Positions 20,276-29,786 of a DNA stretch of 64,000 nucleotides are shown here, piece by piece (position 1 is the stretch's first letter; each line of letters starts with the position of its first letter). This DNA is from Dehalococcoidia bacterium (GTDB lineage: Bacteria > Chloroflexota > Dehalococcoidia > Plut-88900). The translations under genes were made by a program, and so were the position numbers. A model generated the notes under the pieces. The model ran no database searches. It saw only the letters and a list, made by a program, of their open reading frames with translations, and had not been told where the DNA came from. The stretch lies in NCBI GenBank assembly GCA_965249275.1, contig CBDFLQ010000005.1, positions 512,001 through 576,000 of the forward strand. The letters run 5' to 3'.

Positions 20276-20856
20276 GTGAGTTTGAGACCTCCGGCAAAGC
20301 GGGCTCGACCTTGTACAGAAACAGCATTACCGAGCAGCACGACCTCGTCCCTGCCATCCATCTCTTCGAGGCGGACCTTGACGGTCTGAGCGAGCGAAGT
20401 GGGTATATTCTTGCCCACGTAGTCGGCGCGGATGGGGAGCTCGCGGTGGCCTCTGTCGACGAGAACAAGGAGTTGAACGGAGCGGGGTCTTCCGAGATTG
20501 ACGAGGGCGTCGAGGGCGGCACGGATGGTGCGTCCGGTAAAGAGGACGTCGTCGACGAGGACTACGTCACGATCGGTGACGCCGCCGGGTATGGGCGAGC
20601 CTGTGCCGTTGGCAGGCTGAGCGGGAGTGCTTCGGTCGTCGCGGTAGGGAGTAGTGTCAAGGGCGGCGACGGGGATTTGGCCGTTGTCATTGGAAGAAAT
20701 ATTGCGGGCGATGCGCTGGGCGAGGGGGAGGCCCCGGGTGCGGATACCGATAAGGAGAAGGTGAGAGGTGTCCGGGTGGGCCTCTACGAGCTCATGGGAA
20801 ACACGGCGGAGGGACTTGCCGATGTCGGCGGGGGACATTAGGACGGTGTCGGTCAA
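20272..20856 (-). CDS. pyrR: Pyrimidine attenuation regulator / uracil phosphoribosyltransferase
   Basis: GIRTRG, YRDD, VLVDDVLFTGRTIRAALDAL and VDRGHRELPIRADYVGKN. Start is probably TTG 20856 (alternative ATG 20838). Confidence 0.93.
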   Translation of the reverse strand: MTDTVLMSPADIGKSLRRVSHELVEAHPDTSHLLLIGIRTRGLPLAQRIARNISSNDNGQIPVAALDTTPYRDDRSTPAQPANGTGSPIPGGVTDRDVVLVDDVLFTGRTIRAALDALVNLGRPRSVQLLVLVDRGHRELPIRADYVGKNIPTSLAQTVKVRLEEMDGRDEVVLLGNAVSVQGRARFAGGLKLT

Positions 20857-20963
20857 AAAAATACCCCTGCTAAGGGGCGGCAAGGGTGTAGGCCGAAATC
20901 GGCTGCGGTAATCCTGTTTTCCTTGCCAGCCTCTCGGGACTGAATTAAAGGTCCGTTACCGCG
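20855..20963 (-). promoter_or_regulatory. PyrR-binding attenuator leader (binding loop, antiterminator, terminator)
   Basis: - strand CTTTAATTCAGTCCCGAGAGGCTGGCAAGG matches the PyrR consensus (CUUUAA...ARUCCNGNGAGGYU). Downstream CCTTGCC can pair with GGCAAGG. Terminator GCCCCT-TAGC-AGGGGT-ATTTTTTT. Confidence 0.9.
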
Positions 20964-21097
20964 TTTACAGGTTTGTCGGGCGTTGATTGCGTGGGGGTAT
21001 TTTAGCGCGGTTGTGGGGGGTGGGGCAAGGGTGGGGGGCGTGCGTGCGTGCGCGTTGTGGGGAGGGTGCGACGAATTAGCAGTGCAGGGCTGCCCCC

Positions 21098-21132
21098 CCG
21101 CTCGACCCTTCGACTGTGCTCAGGGTGAGCGG
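21098..21132 (+). repeat. Family C hairpin repeat CCGCTC-N-CTTCGA-N-CTCAG-N-GAGCGG
   Basis: Other copies at 23224-23277, 41293-41352, 43778-43812, 57297-57351, a partial copy at ~57129-57172, and as the core of every complete MITE-B copy. Confidence 0.85.
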
Positions 21133-21274
21133 CCCCTCCCCTGGGGATGGATTCCGGCTCTCGGCAGCTGGAATGACGGATGAGGAGAGAGGATGGGGAG
21201 GTCGGTTCGCGAACCGACCCGACGGGGAAGGGGGGAGGGAAGGAAGGCGAGGAAGGGCGTGGGAGGGCAAGTTC

Positions 21275-21303
21275 TAGATCCCTCGCGGGGCCTCGGGATG
21301 ACA
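21275..21303 (+). repeat. Family D palindromic repeat TAGATYCCTCGCGGRGCCTCGGRATGACA
   Basis: Copies at ~21881, 31694, 42508, 43861 and 50838 (+), and inverted at ~34614, 34912 and 35189. Related GGATTCC..GGAATGACG variants at ~21149, 25195, 34700, 34974 and 51202. Confidence 0.88.
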
Positions 21304-21401
21304 GGGTGTGAGGGGAGGGTGCGGTAGGTGGAAAGGGTTGGGGCTGTGGGGTATGGTATCCGGGCAAGCGGGAATTTAGAGCATACGGGAGGTACTGTCT
21401 G

Positions 21402-21818
21402 ATGGAAAAAGTACGGATAATGCCGAAGGGCCATTGGTACTGGAGCATGTCGGTGCCGTTTTCGCAGGGGTGGAAGGTCGGGAAGATGATATTCGTCGGG
21501 GGGCAGATTTCGGCGGACGAGCAGGGCACACCGATAGCCCCGTTCGATATCGAGGAGCAGACACGGATCGTGTTTGAGAACGTGCGTACGGTGCTGAGGG
21601 AAGTCGGGGCGGACATGAAGGACATAGTAAAGCTGAACACTTACTACGTGGACGACTCCAAGGGTGACGATTCTCGGAAGTTCTGGGAGAAGATGACACA
21701 CGTGAGGAACCAGTACATCCCCAGTCCAGGTCCCGCGGCGACGGCGGTGAAGGTGGCCGGATTGGCATATGACGGTCTGGTGATAGAGGTGGAGGCGATA
21801 GCGATTGTGGACGAGTAG
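21402..21818 (+). CDS. RidA/YjgF family protein
   Basis: FSQG, IFVGGQI, QTRIVFEN, PAATAV and LVIEVEAIA; GGAGG RBS. Confidence 0.88.
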   Translation: MEKVRIMPKGHWYWSMSVPFSQGWKVGKMIFVGGQISADEQGTPIAPFDIEEQTRIVFENVRTVLREVGADMKDIVKLNTYYVDDSKGDDSRKFWEKMTHVRNQYIPSPGPAATAVKVAGLAYDGLVIEVEAIAIVDE

Positions 21819-22015
21819 GGGAGGGGAATGGCGAGTGTCGAGGCTTTGTTGGAATGGGGTTGATGGCTAGAGGGACGCCTTAGATCCCTCGCGGAGCCTC
21901 GGGATGACATATAAAGGGCCTCGGGACGGCGCAAAAGGAGTGTTGCGATGGCGCAAAAAGAGGCGTCGTGTGACGCGATAAAGAATGTAGATGTAACAGT
22001 ACCAGGGGGTGAATT

Positions 22016-23179
22016 ATGAGAGGTAGCGCAGAAGCCGTGATCATCGGCGGTGGGCTGATGGGGACAAGCATTTGCTTCAACCTGGCGTCGAGGGGAGTAA
22101 AAGGCGTCTTGCTGGAAAAAGAAGGGTTGGGGGCAGGTTCGACGGGAAAGTCTTCGGGGATAACTACAGGGTTCAGCCTGCTGCTGTTCACGCACGGGGG
22201 TGGATTTGGGTCGGTGATTTCCCTTCTCGCCAGGGAAGGGCAGAGGTGGCTGAGGAACTTCAAGGAACTGGTGGGAGCGGAGTCGGGGTTCAAGGAGGTG
22301 GGGGTACTGTTCATGGCGCAGGAAGACTTGAAGGAGGCGATGACGGAGACCTTCGCCAAGGTGCGGGATCTGGGCTTCGACTCCCGGGTGATCAGCCGGG
22401 AGGACCTGAAAGAGATGGCACCCTACCTGGACCCCAGAGATGCAGGCTTTCTGGGGTTGGAGGCTAGCGCCGGTTATGCGGACCCGCCGGGAGTGGCCCA
22501 GGGATATGCGTCGGCTGCGGGGAGGCTGGGGGCCGAGATATCGCTGGGGAATGCTGCGCTCGAAGTGGAGGTACAGGGGGGTCGGGTGACGGGGGTGGTT
22601 AGCGAGCAGGGTCGGATAGCTACGGATACGGTAGTGGTAGCAGGAGGCCCCTGGAACGGGCAATTGATGAAGAAACTTGGCTACAACCTGCCCCTGCAAC
22701 CCACCAGGCACGAGGTGTTCTTCCTGAAGAAGGGCCCCGGGGCCCCGACCACGCACCCGGTGGTCTTTGACCTGATTGGCATGACCTACATGCGGGAGGA
22801 GAGCCCGGACCTGATGCTGGCGGGCGACATACAGAAGGACGAGCACGTAAATGACCCGGACAGCTTCCACCAGGGCACGACAATGGAGCAGACGCGTACG
22901 ATATGGGGACGTTTAGGCGAACTTATGCCGTCGCTGACAGATGCTGAGCTGTTCACGAGTTTCTCGGGCCTGTACACGAACACGCCTGACAACCACCCAA
23001 TCATCGGAAAGGTGGATGGAATCGAAGGGCTGTACATAGCAGCGGGGTTCAACGGTTTCGGTTTCAAGATATCTCCGGCTGTGGGCGTAGCGATGGCGGA
23101 GCTGATCACAGGGGGAGAGGCGAAGGTGGTGGATATCAGCGCGCTGGGGATGGGGAGGTTTGCTGGGGTGGAGGCGTAG
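22016..23179 (+). CDS. FAD-dependent amine/amino-acid oxidoreductase (DAO / sarcosine oxidase beta-like)
   Basis: IIGGGLMG, GSTGKSSG, VVAGGPW, TPDNHPIIG and GFNGFGFKISPAVG. Confidence 0.88.
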   Translation: MRGSAEAVIIGGGLMGTSICFNLASRGVKGVLLEKEGLGAGSTGKSSGITTGFSLLLFTHGGGFGSVISLLAREGQRWLRNFKELVGAESGFKEVGVLFMAQEDLKEAMTETFAKVRDLGFDSRVISREDLKEMAPYLDPRDAGFLGLEASAGYADPPGVAQGYASAAGRLGAEISLGNAALEVEVQGGRVTGVVSEQGRIATDTVVVAGGPWNGQLMKKLGYNLPLQPTRHEVFFLKKGPGAPTTHPVVFDLIGMTYMREESPDLMLAGDIQKDEHVNDPDSFHQGTTMEQTRTIWGRLGELMPSLTDAELFTSFSGLYTNTPDNHPIIGKVDGIEGLYIAAGFNGFGFKISPAVGVAMAELITGGEAKVVDISALGMGRFAGVEA

Positions 23180-23291
23180 CAGATAGGGCAACCACGATGG
23201 GTCGATAGTGCGAGGCCGTCCCTCGCTCGACCCTTCGATCCGCCTCGGCGGACTTTCAGTTGGCTCAGGATGAGCGGCCACCTTTGCGGCA

Positions 23292-25022
23292 CTATGTCGA
23301 AGGGACGACCTGCACCGTAATGATATCTGTGTCGTGGTATTTATTGTGCTTGACCGAAGATGCGTAATGACGCAGGAGGCGGAAGGAAATCTCGCCCTCG
23401 TTCCGTAGCTCAGGCTGTTCGTTCATATAGGCCAGCTTGTCTTCCAGATTCTCACCCTCAGCAGTCACTACAAATTCCATCTCAATGGCGGAGTCTGCGC
23501 GACGGGCAGCGACAATCAGGCGCTTTTTGGCATCCTCTTCCGAACCCTCATCCTGCGATAGCAGACTCGAAAGAGTTTCTTCCCCGGCTGACCTGAGCCG
23601 GTTTGTCGATGCCTCGTTCCAGCCGGCGCTTGCAGCGAATTCCTGGAGGAAGGAGTCAATTCCGGGTAACGGCGAAATGTTCATGGCGACATTCAACCGC
23701 TTGCGACGTCTGGAAGTGACATCCATGAGCAGAGTGAGCAAAATTACGCAGACCGAGCCGGTTGTCATGCCGTTGCTGAGCAGAGTCCCCAAAGTTCCAG
23801 TCAGCAGGTCGGGCAGAATCGCCTGGTTCTGAAAACCTATTCCTAACCAGAGGGACACTCCTACAACTGCGGCTTTTCGTCCATCTATGCCGTCCTTGAA
23901 AACGGTCCTCATGCCCTGAACGAAGAGGAGCGACAACAGAAACACCAAGTACGCCACCAAGACGGGGCGTGGAGTGGCGACAACCAGCGCCAATAACTTT
24001 GGAGAGACCGCTACTGCTATCAGGATCAGGCCTCCATAGATACCCATGCGACGCGCTGCGACGCCGGTGAGCATGACCCGCGCGGAATTGGTGGCTCCGA
24101 TCATATTGGGAAGCGTGCCCAGAGCGGCGGCCAGAAGATTGGTCAATACCAGCAGATGGTGCGCCCCTTGAACTACACGGAAGTCAGTGGCGCGGGGCCT
24201 GCGCCAGGCCACCTGCTGAATCACTACGGTGTCACTGATCGAATTGATGGTGGTTGCCATGTTTACTATTACGAATCCCGGCAAAATCCCCCAGAAGGCT
24301 GCGTTAAAGCTCAGGTCGAAGCCTGCCCAGGGATAGCTGGGAAAACCAATCCAGTGGGCATCCATGACTAGCTGCCAGTCGTATGCGCCGAAAGGGACCG
24401 CTATGACGCACCCTACAACGATGCCGATAACCGGCGCCCATTGCTGTAACTTGGGCGACGCGAATAATCTCAGCATCATCAGGATGAACAGAGTGGTACC
24501 TGCAAGGATGGGGGCTGCCACGGAGGGAGCGCCTTCCGGCACATCAGAAAGCCTGCTTAGTACGACGGTTATTATCGTCGAGGCCAGCAGCATCAGGACG
24601 GTCCCGGCGACCAACGGGCTGATGACACGCCGCAGCCAGGAGAGCCGGGCGATGAACACAAACTGTATCAGCGATGAAGCGACGATCAGGGTCGAAAGCA
24701 GCGCCGGACCGCCGGCCAACAGCGCTGAGATACAGATTGGTATGAAGGCGGATGCAGAAACTACGCTGAGGGAATATCCCGACCCGAATCTCCAGAATCG
24801 AAAGATCTGCAAGATACCGCCTATTCCACAGACCACGAGAGCCGAAAAGAAAATCCAGGACAGGTAACCCTGGGACTGCCCACCCGCCACGGCGATGATC
24901 GACGTAGTGGCAGCCATTGCCGCCATGCGGGTCATGACAGTCTGGAATCCAAGAACCAGAGATGCCGGATGGCTCGGCCGCTCATCCGGTTGATAGAGGA
25001 TATTTTCGTTTACCTGTGGCAT
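23292..25022 (-). CDS. NCS2 (xanthine/uracil permease-like) transporter with C-terminal HATPase_c-like soluble domain
   Basis: Many TM helices with NCS2-like motifs (YQPDERP, LQIFRFWRFGSG, SPLVAGTVLML, TGVAARR, SPKL); ~135 aa soluble tail. Confidence 0.78.
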   Translation of the reverse strand: MPQVNENILYQPDERPSHPASLVLGFQTVMTRMAAMAATTSIIAVAGGQSQGYLSWIFFSALVVCGIGGILQIFRFWRFGSGYSLSVVSASAFIPICISALLAGGPALLSTLIVASSLIQFVFIARLSWLRRVISPLVAGTVLMLLASTIITVVLSRLSDVPEGAPSVAAPILAGTTLFILMMLRLFASPKLQQWAPVIGIVVGCVIAVPFGAYDWQLVMDAHWIGFPSYPWAGFDLSFNAAFWGILPGFVIVNMATTINSISDTVVIQQVAWRRPRATDFRVVQGAHHLLVLTNLLAAALGTLPNMIGATNSARVMLTGVAARRMGIYGGLILIAVAVSPKLLALVVATPRPVLVAYLVFLLSLLFVQGMRTVFKDGIDGRKAAVVGVSLWLGIGFQNQAILPDLLTGTLGTLLSNGMTTGSVCVILLTLLMDVTSRRRKRLNVAMNISPLPGIDSFLQEFAASAGWNEASTNRLRSAGEETLSSLLSQDEGSEEDAKKRLIVAARRADSAIEMEFVVTAEGENLEDKLAYMNEQPELRNEGEISFRLLRHYASSVKHNKYHDTDIITVQVVPST

Positions 25023-25290
25023 TGGGAGTTTTATGCTTTTCGATCAACTCGAAGGGGTGCGGTCTTCATGGGAAGTGGACTTGGACGCGACCGGGGTTGA
25101 ATAGATGGCGCCATGCTGCGACAGGGCGAACGGGGGGCTGGCCGGGGAATAGTGGAGGGCGTCCACCAGAGTAGCCCCCAACAGGGGAGGGGATGGATCC
25201 CGGCTCGGAGGCCGGGATGACGGAGGGAGAGGGGATGGATTCACGCCTCGGCGCACTTTCAGCCTGCCTTTGCAGGGATGGTGAAGGGGA

Positions 25291-26760
25291 TTACCAGTGG
25301 AGGTCTGGGTGGCGGGCGGCCTGCGCCTCGTCGAGGCGGGAGGAGGGGGTGGTGTGGGGGGCGGTTGTGACGATATCCGGGTCGGTCTCGGCCTCACGGG
25401 CGATGGACTTCATGGCGTCGACAAAGGTGTCGAGGGTGCGTTTGCTCTCACACTCGGTAGGTTCGATCATGAGGGCCTCGGGGACGACCTGGGGGAAGTA
25501 CATGGTCGGGGGGTGGAAGCCGTAGTCCATGAGGCGCTTGGAAATGTCCAAGGCCCGCACGCCCAAGGCCTTCTGCTTGGATGCCGAGAACACGACCTCG
25601 TGCATGCAAATGCGCTTGTTGGGGAGCAGGTAGTCTTCCTCCAGCCTTGAGAGGAGGTAGTTGGCGTTCAGGACGGCATTTTCGCTTATCTCCCGCATTC
25701 CGGGAGCGCCTAGGAGCCGGATGTAGGCGTAGGCCCTGAGGACGACACCGAAGTTACAGTGGAAGGCGCTTATCTTACCGATGGACTTGGAAGGCCGTCC
25801 AAGCTGGTATTCGGGGCCGGGGGAGCCGGGCGGGGACTTGTGTACGACGGGTGCGGGCAGGAAGTCGGCGAGGGACTCGGCGGCGCATACGGGCCCTGCG
25901 CCCGGGCCTCCACCACCGTGAGGGGTGCTGAAAGTCTTGTGCAGGTTGGAGTGGACGACGTCGAAACCCAGGTCACCGAAGCGGACTCGGCCGAGGATGG
26001 CGTTGAGGTTAGCGCCGTCGCCGTAGACCATTGCGCCGACATTATGGAGGGCGTCGCTGATTTCGAGGATACGGGGATTGAAGAGTCCGAGGGTGCTGGG
26101 GAGGGTGAGCATGAGGGCGGCGGTCTCTGATGTGGCGAGCTCTTTAAGGGCCTCGACGTCGAGGTTGCCCTGGGCGTCGGAGGGAGCGGTAACGAGGTCG
26201 TAGCCGCACATCTTGGAAGAGGCGGCGTTGGTGCCGTGGGCGGTGTCTGGGATGAGGATTTGCCTACGGGTGTCACCTTCGCCGCGGGACTCGTGGTATG
26301 CGCGGATCATGAGGAGGCCTGCCATCTCGCCGTGCGCGCCAGCAAGAGGAGCGAGGCTGACGGCCTTGGCGCCGGTAATCTCGGCGAGGAGGTTTTGTAG
26401 GCCGTACATGATGCCAAGGGCGCCCTGGACCGACTCGGCAGGCTGGAGGGGGTGAATCTGGGCAAAGCCCGGGAGCCGGGCGACTTCCTCGTGCCACTTG
26501 GGGTTGTACTTCATGGTGCAGCTGCCGAGGGGGTAGAAACCGCTGTCTATGCCGAAGTTCAGCTTGCTCAATCCGGTGAAGTAGCGGACCAAGTCAAGCT
26601 CACTGAGCTCCGGGATATCGAGCTCGGTGCGAAGGAGACCTTCCTCGGGGAGGGGGGCGGGGGGCACATCAAGCGCGGGGAGGGTCGTGCCCCGTGCGCC
26701 GGGGGCGTGGAGGTCTTTAAGGGTGAGCCGCCTGGATTGGGTGTCGGTGGTTTCGGTCAT
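25291..26760 (-). CDS. gcvPB: Glycine dehydrogenase (decarboxylating) subunit 2
   Basis: FYPLGSCTMKYNP, AGAHGE, HGTN, NLHKTFSTPHGGGGPG and GFHPPT. Confidence 0.96.
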   Translation of the reverse strand: MTETTDTQSRRLTLKDLHAPGARGTTLPALDVPPAPLPEEGLLRTELDIPELSELDLVRYFTGLSKLNFGIDSGFYPLGSCTMKYNPKWHEEVARLPGFAQIHPLQPAESVQGALGIMYGLQNLLAEITGAKAVSLAPLAGAHGEMAGLLMIRAYHESRGEGDTRRQILIPDTAHGTNAASSKMCGYDLVTAPSDAQGNLDVEALKELATSETAALMLTLPSTLGLFNPRILEISDALHNVGAMVYGDGANLNAILGRVRFGDLGFDVVHSNLHKTFSTPHGGGGPGAGPVCAAESLADFLPAPVVHKSPPGSPGPEYQLGRPSKSIGKISAFHCNFGVVLRAYAYIRLLGAPGMREISENAVLNANYLLSRLEEDYLLPNKRICMHEVVFSASKQKALGVRALDISKRLMDYGFHPPTMYFPQVVPEALMIEPTECESKRTLDTFVDAMKSIAREAETDPDIVTTAPHTTPSSRLDEAQAARHPDLHW

Positions 26761-26762
26761 GG

Positions 26763-28070
26763 CTAGGACTGGGCTTTCAGTGCTTGGACCAGGTGGTCTA
26801 TTTGGTCCTTGGTGTTCATTTCGGTGGCGCAGAGGAGCATTCCGTTGGGGACTGTGTCGCTGACGTCCAGGCCGCCGATGATCTGGGCGTCGAGGAGGGC
26901 GGCGTTGATCTCAGATGGGGACTTGGGACACCGGACTACGAATTCCCGGAAGAAGGGGTTATCAAAGGGCAGGGAATAGCCGGGAAGCTCGGAGATCTGG
27001 GAGGCGGCGTAGTGGGCCTTGTGGTAACAAAGCTCCGCGACGTGGGCAAGACCCTTGGGCCCGACGGCGGTGAGATAGGCGGTAGATGCGAGCGCGACGA
27101 GGGCCTCGCTGGTGCAGATATTGGAAGTGGCGGTCTGTCGCCGGATGTGCTGTTCACGGGTCTGGAGGGTGAGGACGAAGCCCTCGCGGCCACGGTCATC
27201 GGTAGTCTTGCCGACGATGCGGCCGGGCATCTGGCGCAGGTGCTTCGTCTTGGCCGAGAAGAGACCGACGTAAGGGCCACCGAAGGTGGTAGGAGAGCCG
27301 ACGGTCTGACCTTCGCCGACTACGATGTCGGCGCCGTAGTCTCCGGGTGACTTGAACATGGCGAGGGCGACGGGGTCGGCAGAGACGACCAGGAGGGCCT
27401 TGGCCTCGTGGGCTGCCTCAGCGTAGGGAGTCAGAGATTGGATTCGGCCGTAGAAGTCGGGGTACTGGGTGATTACGCAGGCGACATCTTCGTTGACGGT
27501 GAGGGCGTCCGGTGAGACAACGGTCATGCCGATGTTCTGTGGACCCATGTAGTGAGCGATGATATCCCGATAGAGTGGGGATACGGTATCCAGGACTACG
27601 ACGTTGCGGCGTCGGGTGACCCGGCAGGCCATGAGAGCGGCCTCGGCGAGCGCGGTGGAACCGTCGTACATACCGGCGTTGGCAACGTCCATGCCGGTGA
27701 GGTGGCAGACCATGGACTGGAAGTCGTAGGTGGTCTGGAGCGTGCCCTGGCTGATCTCGGCCTGGTATGGTGTGTAGGAGGTATAAAATTCGCTGCGGCC
27801 CGTGACATGGCGGACCACGCTGGGGATGTAGTGGTTGTAGGAGCCCGCACCGAGGAAGCAGGCGTAGTCATCGAGATTTGCGTTCTTGAGGGATAGGGCG
27901 CGGAGTTCGCGGATGAGCTCAAGCTCGGAGAGGGGGGCGGGGAGGTCGAGAGGGGGGTCCCGGTGGGACTCGGGGATTTCGAGGAACAGGTCTGCTACGG
28001 AGGCTACACCGGCGGACTCCAACATGGCCTTGCGGTCGGCGTCAGTGTTGGAGATGTAGGGAGAAGTCAT
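26763..28070 (-). CDS. gcvPA: Glycine dehydrogenase (decarboxylating) subunit 1
   Basis: FLGAG, YTPYQAEISQGTLQ, MYDG, PGRIVG and LQTREQHIRR..ATSNIC. Confidence 0.96.
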   Translation of the reverse strand: MTSPYISNTDADRKAMLESAGVASVADLFLEIPESHRDPPLDLPAPLSELELIRELRALSLKNANLDDYACFLGAGSYNHYIPSVVRHVTGRSEFYTSYTPYQAEISQGTLQTTYDFQSMVCHLTGMDVANAGMYDGSTALAEAALMACRVTRRRNVVVLDTVSPLYRDIIAHYMGPQNIGMTVVSPDALTVNEDVACVITQYPDFYGRIQSLTPYAEAAHEAKALLVVSADPVALAMFKSPGDYGADIVVGEGQTVGSPTTFGGPYVGLFSAKTKHLRQMPGRIVGKTTDDRGREGFVLTLQTREQHIRRQTATSNICTSEALVALASTAYLTAVGPKGLAHVAELCYHKAHYAASQISELPGYSLPFDNPFFREFVVRCPKSPSEINAALLDAQIIGGLDVSDTVPNGMLLCATEMNTKDQIDHLVQALKAQS

Positions 28071-28111
28071 GGCTTATCTGAGTCGTCGGTTGTGGGAGTA
28101 TGGCGCTGTCT

Positions 28112-28498
28112 TTACTCGGACTCGGCGGTGAGGGCATCGTACTGGTCGGCGGACATGAGGTTGTCCATTTCGGAGAGGTCTGAGAGTTGGACTTTGAGCA
28201 TCCACCCGGCTTCGTAAGGCTCCTCGTTGACGAGCTCGGGGCGATCCTGGAGCTCGGCATTTACCTCGATGATGTTGCCGCTGACGGGGGCGAATAGCTC
28301 AGAGACGGCCTTGGGGGACTCGATCTCTCCGAAGGACTTGAACTGCTCGAGGTTTTCGAGGTCGTCGGGGAAGTAGACGAACACGATGTCGCCTAGCTGG
28401 TCCTGGGCGAAGTGGGTGATACCGACGAGGGCTACGTCACCGGACTCGATCTTGACCCATTCGTGCTCTTTAGAGTACCTCCGGTCGGTTGGGTTCAT
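28112..28498 (-). CDS. gcvH: Glycine cleavage system H protein
   Basis: HEWV, GITHFAQDQLGDIVFV, ESPKAVSE (lipoyl-Lys), PELVN..PY..GW. Confidence 0.96.
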   Translation of the reverse strand: MNPTDRRYSKEHEWVKIESGDVALVGITHFAQDQLGDIVFVYFPDDLENLEQFKSFGEIESPKAVSELFAPVSGNIIEVNAELQDRPELVNEEPYEAGWMLKVQLSDLSEMDNLMSADQYDALTAESE

Positions 28499-28573
28499 AT
28501 CTTCTCCGCCAAGGCCTGATGACCCTCCCTCAAACAGATTCTGCGCTAAATGGCGGGAAACATCAAGGCGGAG

Positions 28574-29653
28574 CTAGGGGTCGGGCCTGGGGCGGCGGTA
28601 GAAGGGCATGGGCGTCACTGTGGCAGGGACGTGCCGGCCGCGGATATCGATATCTATGTTCGTGCCCTTGCGGGCGAGGTCTATGGGGACGAAACCCATG
28701 CCTATGTCCTGGTTGAGGCTCGGGGCACGGCCCCCGCTGGTAACCTCACCGACGGGCTGGCCTTCGTGGAGGATGGCCTGGCCGTGCCGGGGGATGCCTC
28801 GGGCGTCCATGGTGAAACCGACGAGCCGGCGATTGGGTCCTTGTTCCTTGACCTTGAGCAGGGCTTCCTTGCCGGTGAAGGGACCTGCTGTGAGGTCCAC
28901 GAAACGGCCCAGGCCCGCTTCGAAAGGGTTTACGGACGTGTTCATGTCGTTGCCGTAGAGCCGGAGGGAGGATTCGAGGCGGAGGCTGTCTCGGGCGACG
29001 AGGCCGCATGGTTCGACACCCGCGGCCCGGAGTCGGTCCCAGAGGGGGATGGCGGCGTCGGCGTTAACGATGATTTCAACTCCGTCCTCGCCGGTGTAGC
29101 CGGTGCGAGCGATGAAAGTATCAGGAGTTGGGACGGCGATGGAGAAGATTGGCGCGTTGTCGGGGTTGAAGGGTAGAAGGGACTGGACGATAGATGCGGC
29201 GCTCGGGCCCTGGACGGCGATCATGGTCGTCTCCCGAGTGTGGTCGACCATGTTGGCATTGGGGAAGTCGGAGATCTTATCGGTCAAGGTCTGGACGATT
29301 ACGTCACGGTTGGAGGCGTTGCATACGATGAAGATGCGCTGGTCCGGGAGCCGGTAGACGATGAGGTCGTCGAGGATGCCGCCGTCGGGGTTGCAGGCAA
29401 TGCAGTAGCGGGCGTGGCCGGTCGGGATGGAGGTGACGTCGGCGGTGACAACGGAGTCGGCGAGGGCCTCAGCGTCGGAGCCATTTAGGAAGAGCCTGCC
29501 CATATGGGAGACGTCGAACATGCCGGCGTGGGAGCGCACGGCGTGGTGCTCCTGGATGGCGGAGCCGTAGCGGGCAGGCATGTCCCAGCCGCCGAATTCG
29601 ATCATCTGGGCGTCGAGGGAAAGGTGGGCGGGGTGGAGGGGGGTGGTGTTCAT
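28574..29653 (-). CDS. gcvT: Glycine cleavage system aminomethyltransferase T
   Basis: TPLH, FGGWDMP, FDVSHMG, RTGYTGEDGVE and RDSLRLE. Confidence 0.96.
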   Translation of the reverse strand: MNTTPLHPAHLSLDAQMIEFGGWDMPARYGSAIQEHHAVRSHAGMFDVSHMGRLFLNGSDAEALADSVVTADVTSIPTGHARYCIACNPDGGILDDLIVYRLPDQRIFIVCNASNRDVIVQTLTDKISDFPNANMVDHTRETTMIAVQGPSAASIVQSLLPFNPDNAPIFSIAVPTPDTFIARTGYTGEDGVEIIVNADAAIPLWDRLRAAGVEPCGLVARDSLRLESSLRLYGNDMNTSVNPFEAGLGRFVDLTAGPFTGKEALLKVKEQGPNRRLVGFTMDARGIPRHGQAILHEGQPVGEVTSGGRAPSLNQDIGMGFVPIDLARKGTNIDIDIRGRHVPATVTPMPFYRRPRPDP

Positions 29654-29692
29654 TGCGTGTTCGCCTAATTTCAGGCGCGTCTACTTTTCATT

Positions 29693-29730
29693 CACCCTCA
29701 CCCTAGCCCTCTCCCGTCAAGGGAGAGGGG
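29693..29730 (+). repeat. Family A hairpin repeat CACCCTCACCCTAGCCCTCTCCC-(5 nt loop)-GGGAGAGGGG
   Basis: Intact copies at 9218-9252, 29693-29730, 37249-37286 and 46618-46655. Interrupted or degenerate copies at ~31470, 34540, 39747, 41204, 45044, 45424, 51320 and 57048. Confidence 0.9.
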
Positions 29731-29786
29731 ACAGAACTTCATCCCCACCTCTTGCGAAAGGGTCAGGCGAAGGGATGGAGGGGTGG

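Noticed and set aside
21010-21065. G-run clusters as functional G-quadruplexes
   Set aside because: G-runs occur throughout the + strand and are explained by strand skew; nothing marks this site as special.
29654-29786. Glycine riboswitch upstream of gcvT
   Set aside because: No GGAGA/CCGAAG/CTCTCAGG aptamer motifs were seen; the spacer is short and occupied by a family A repeat.
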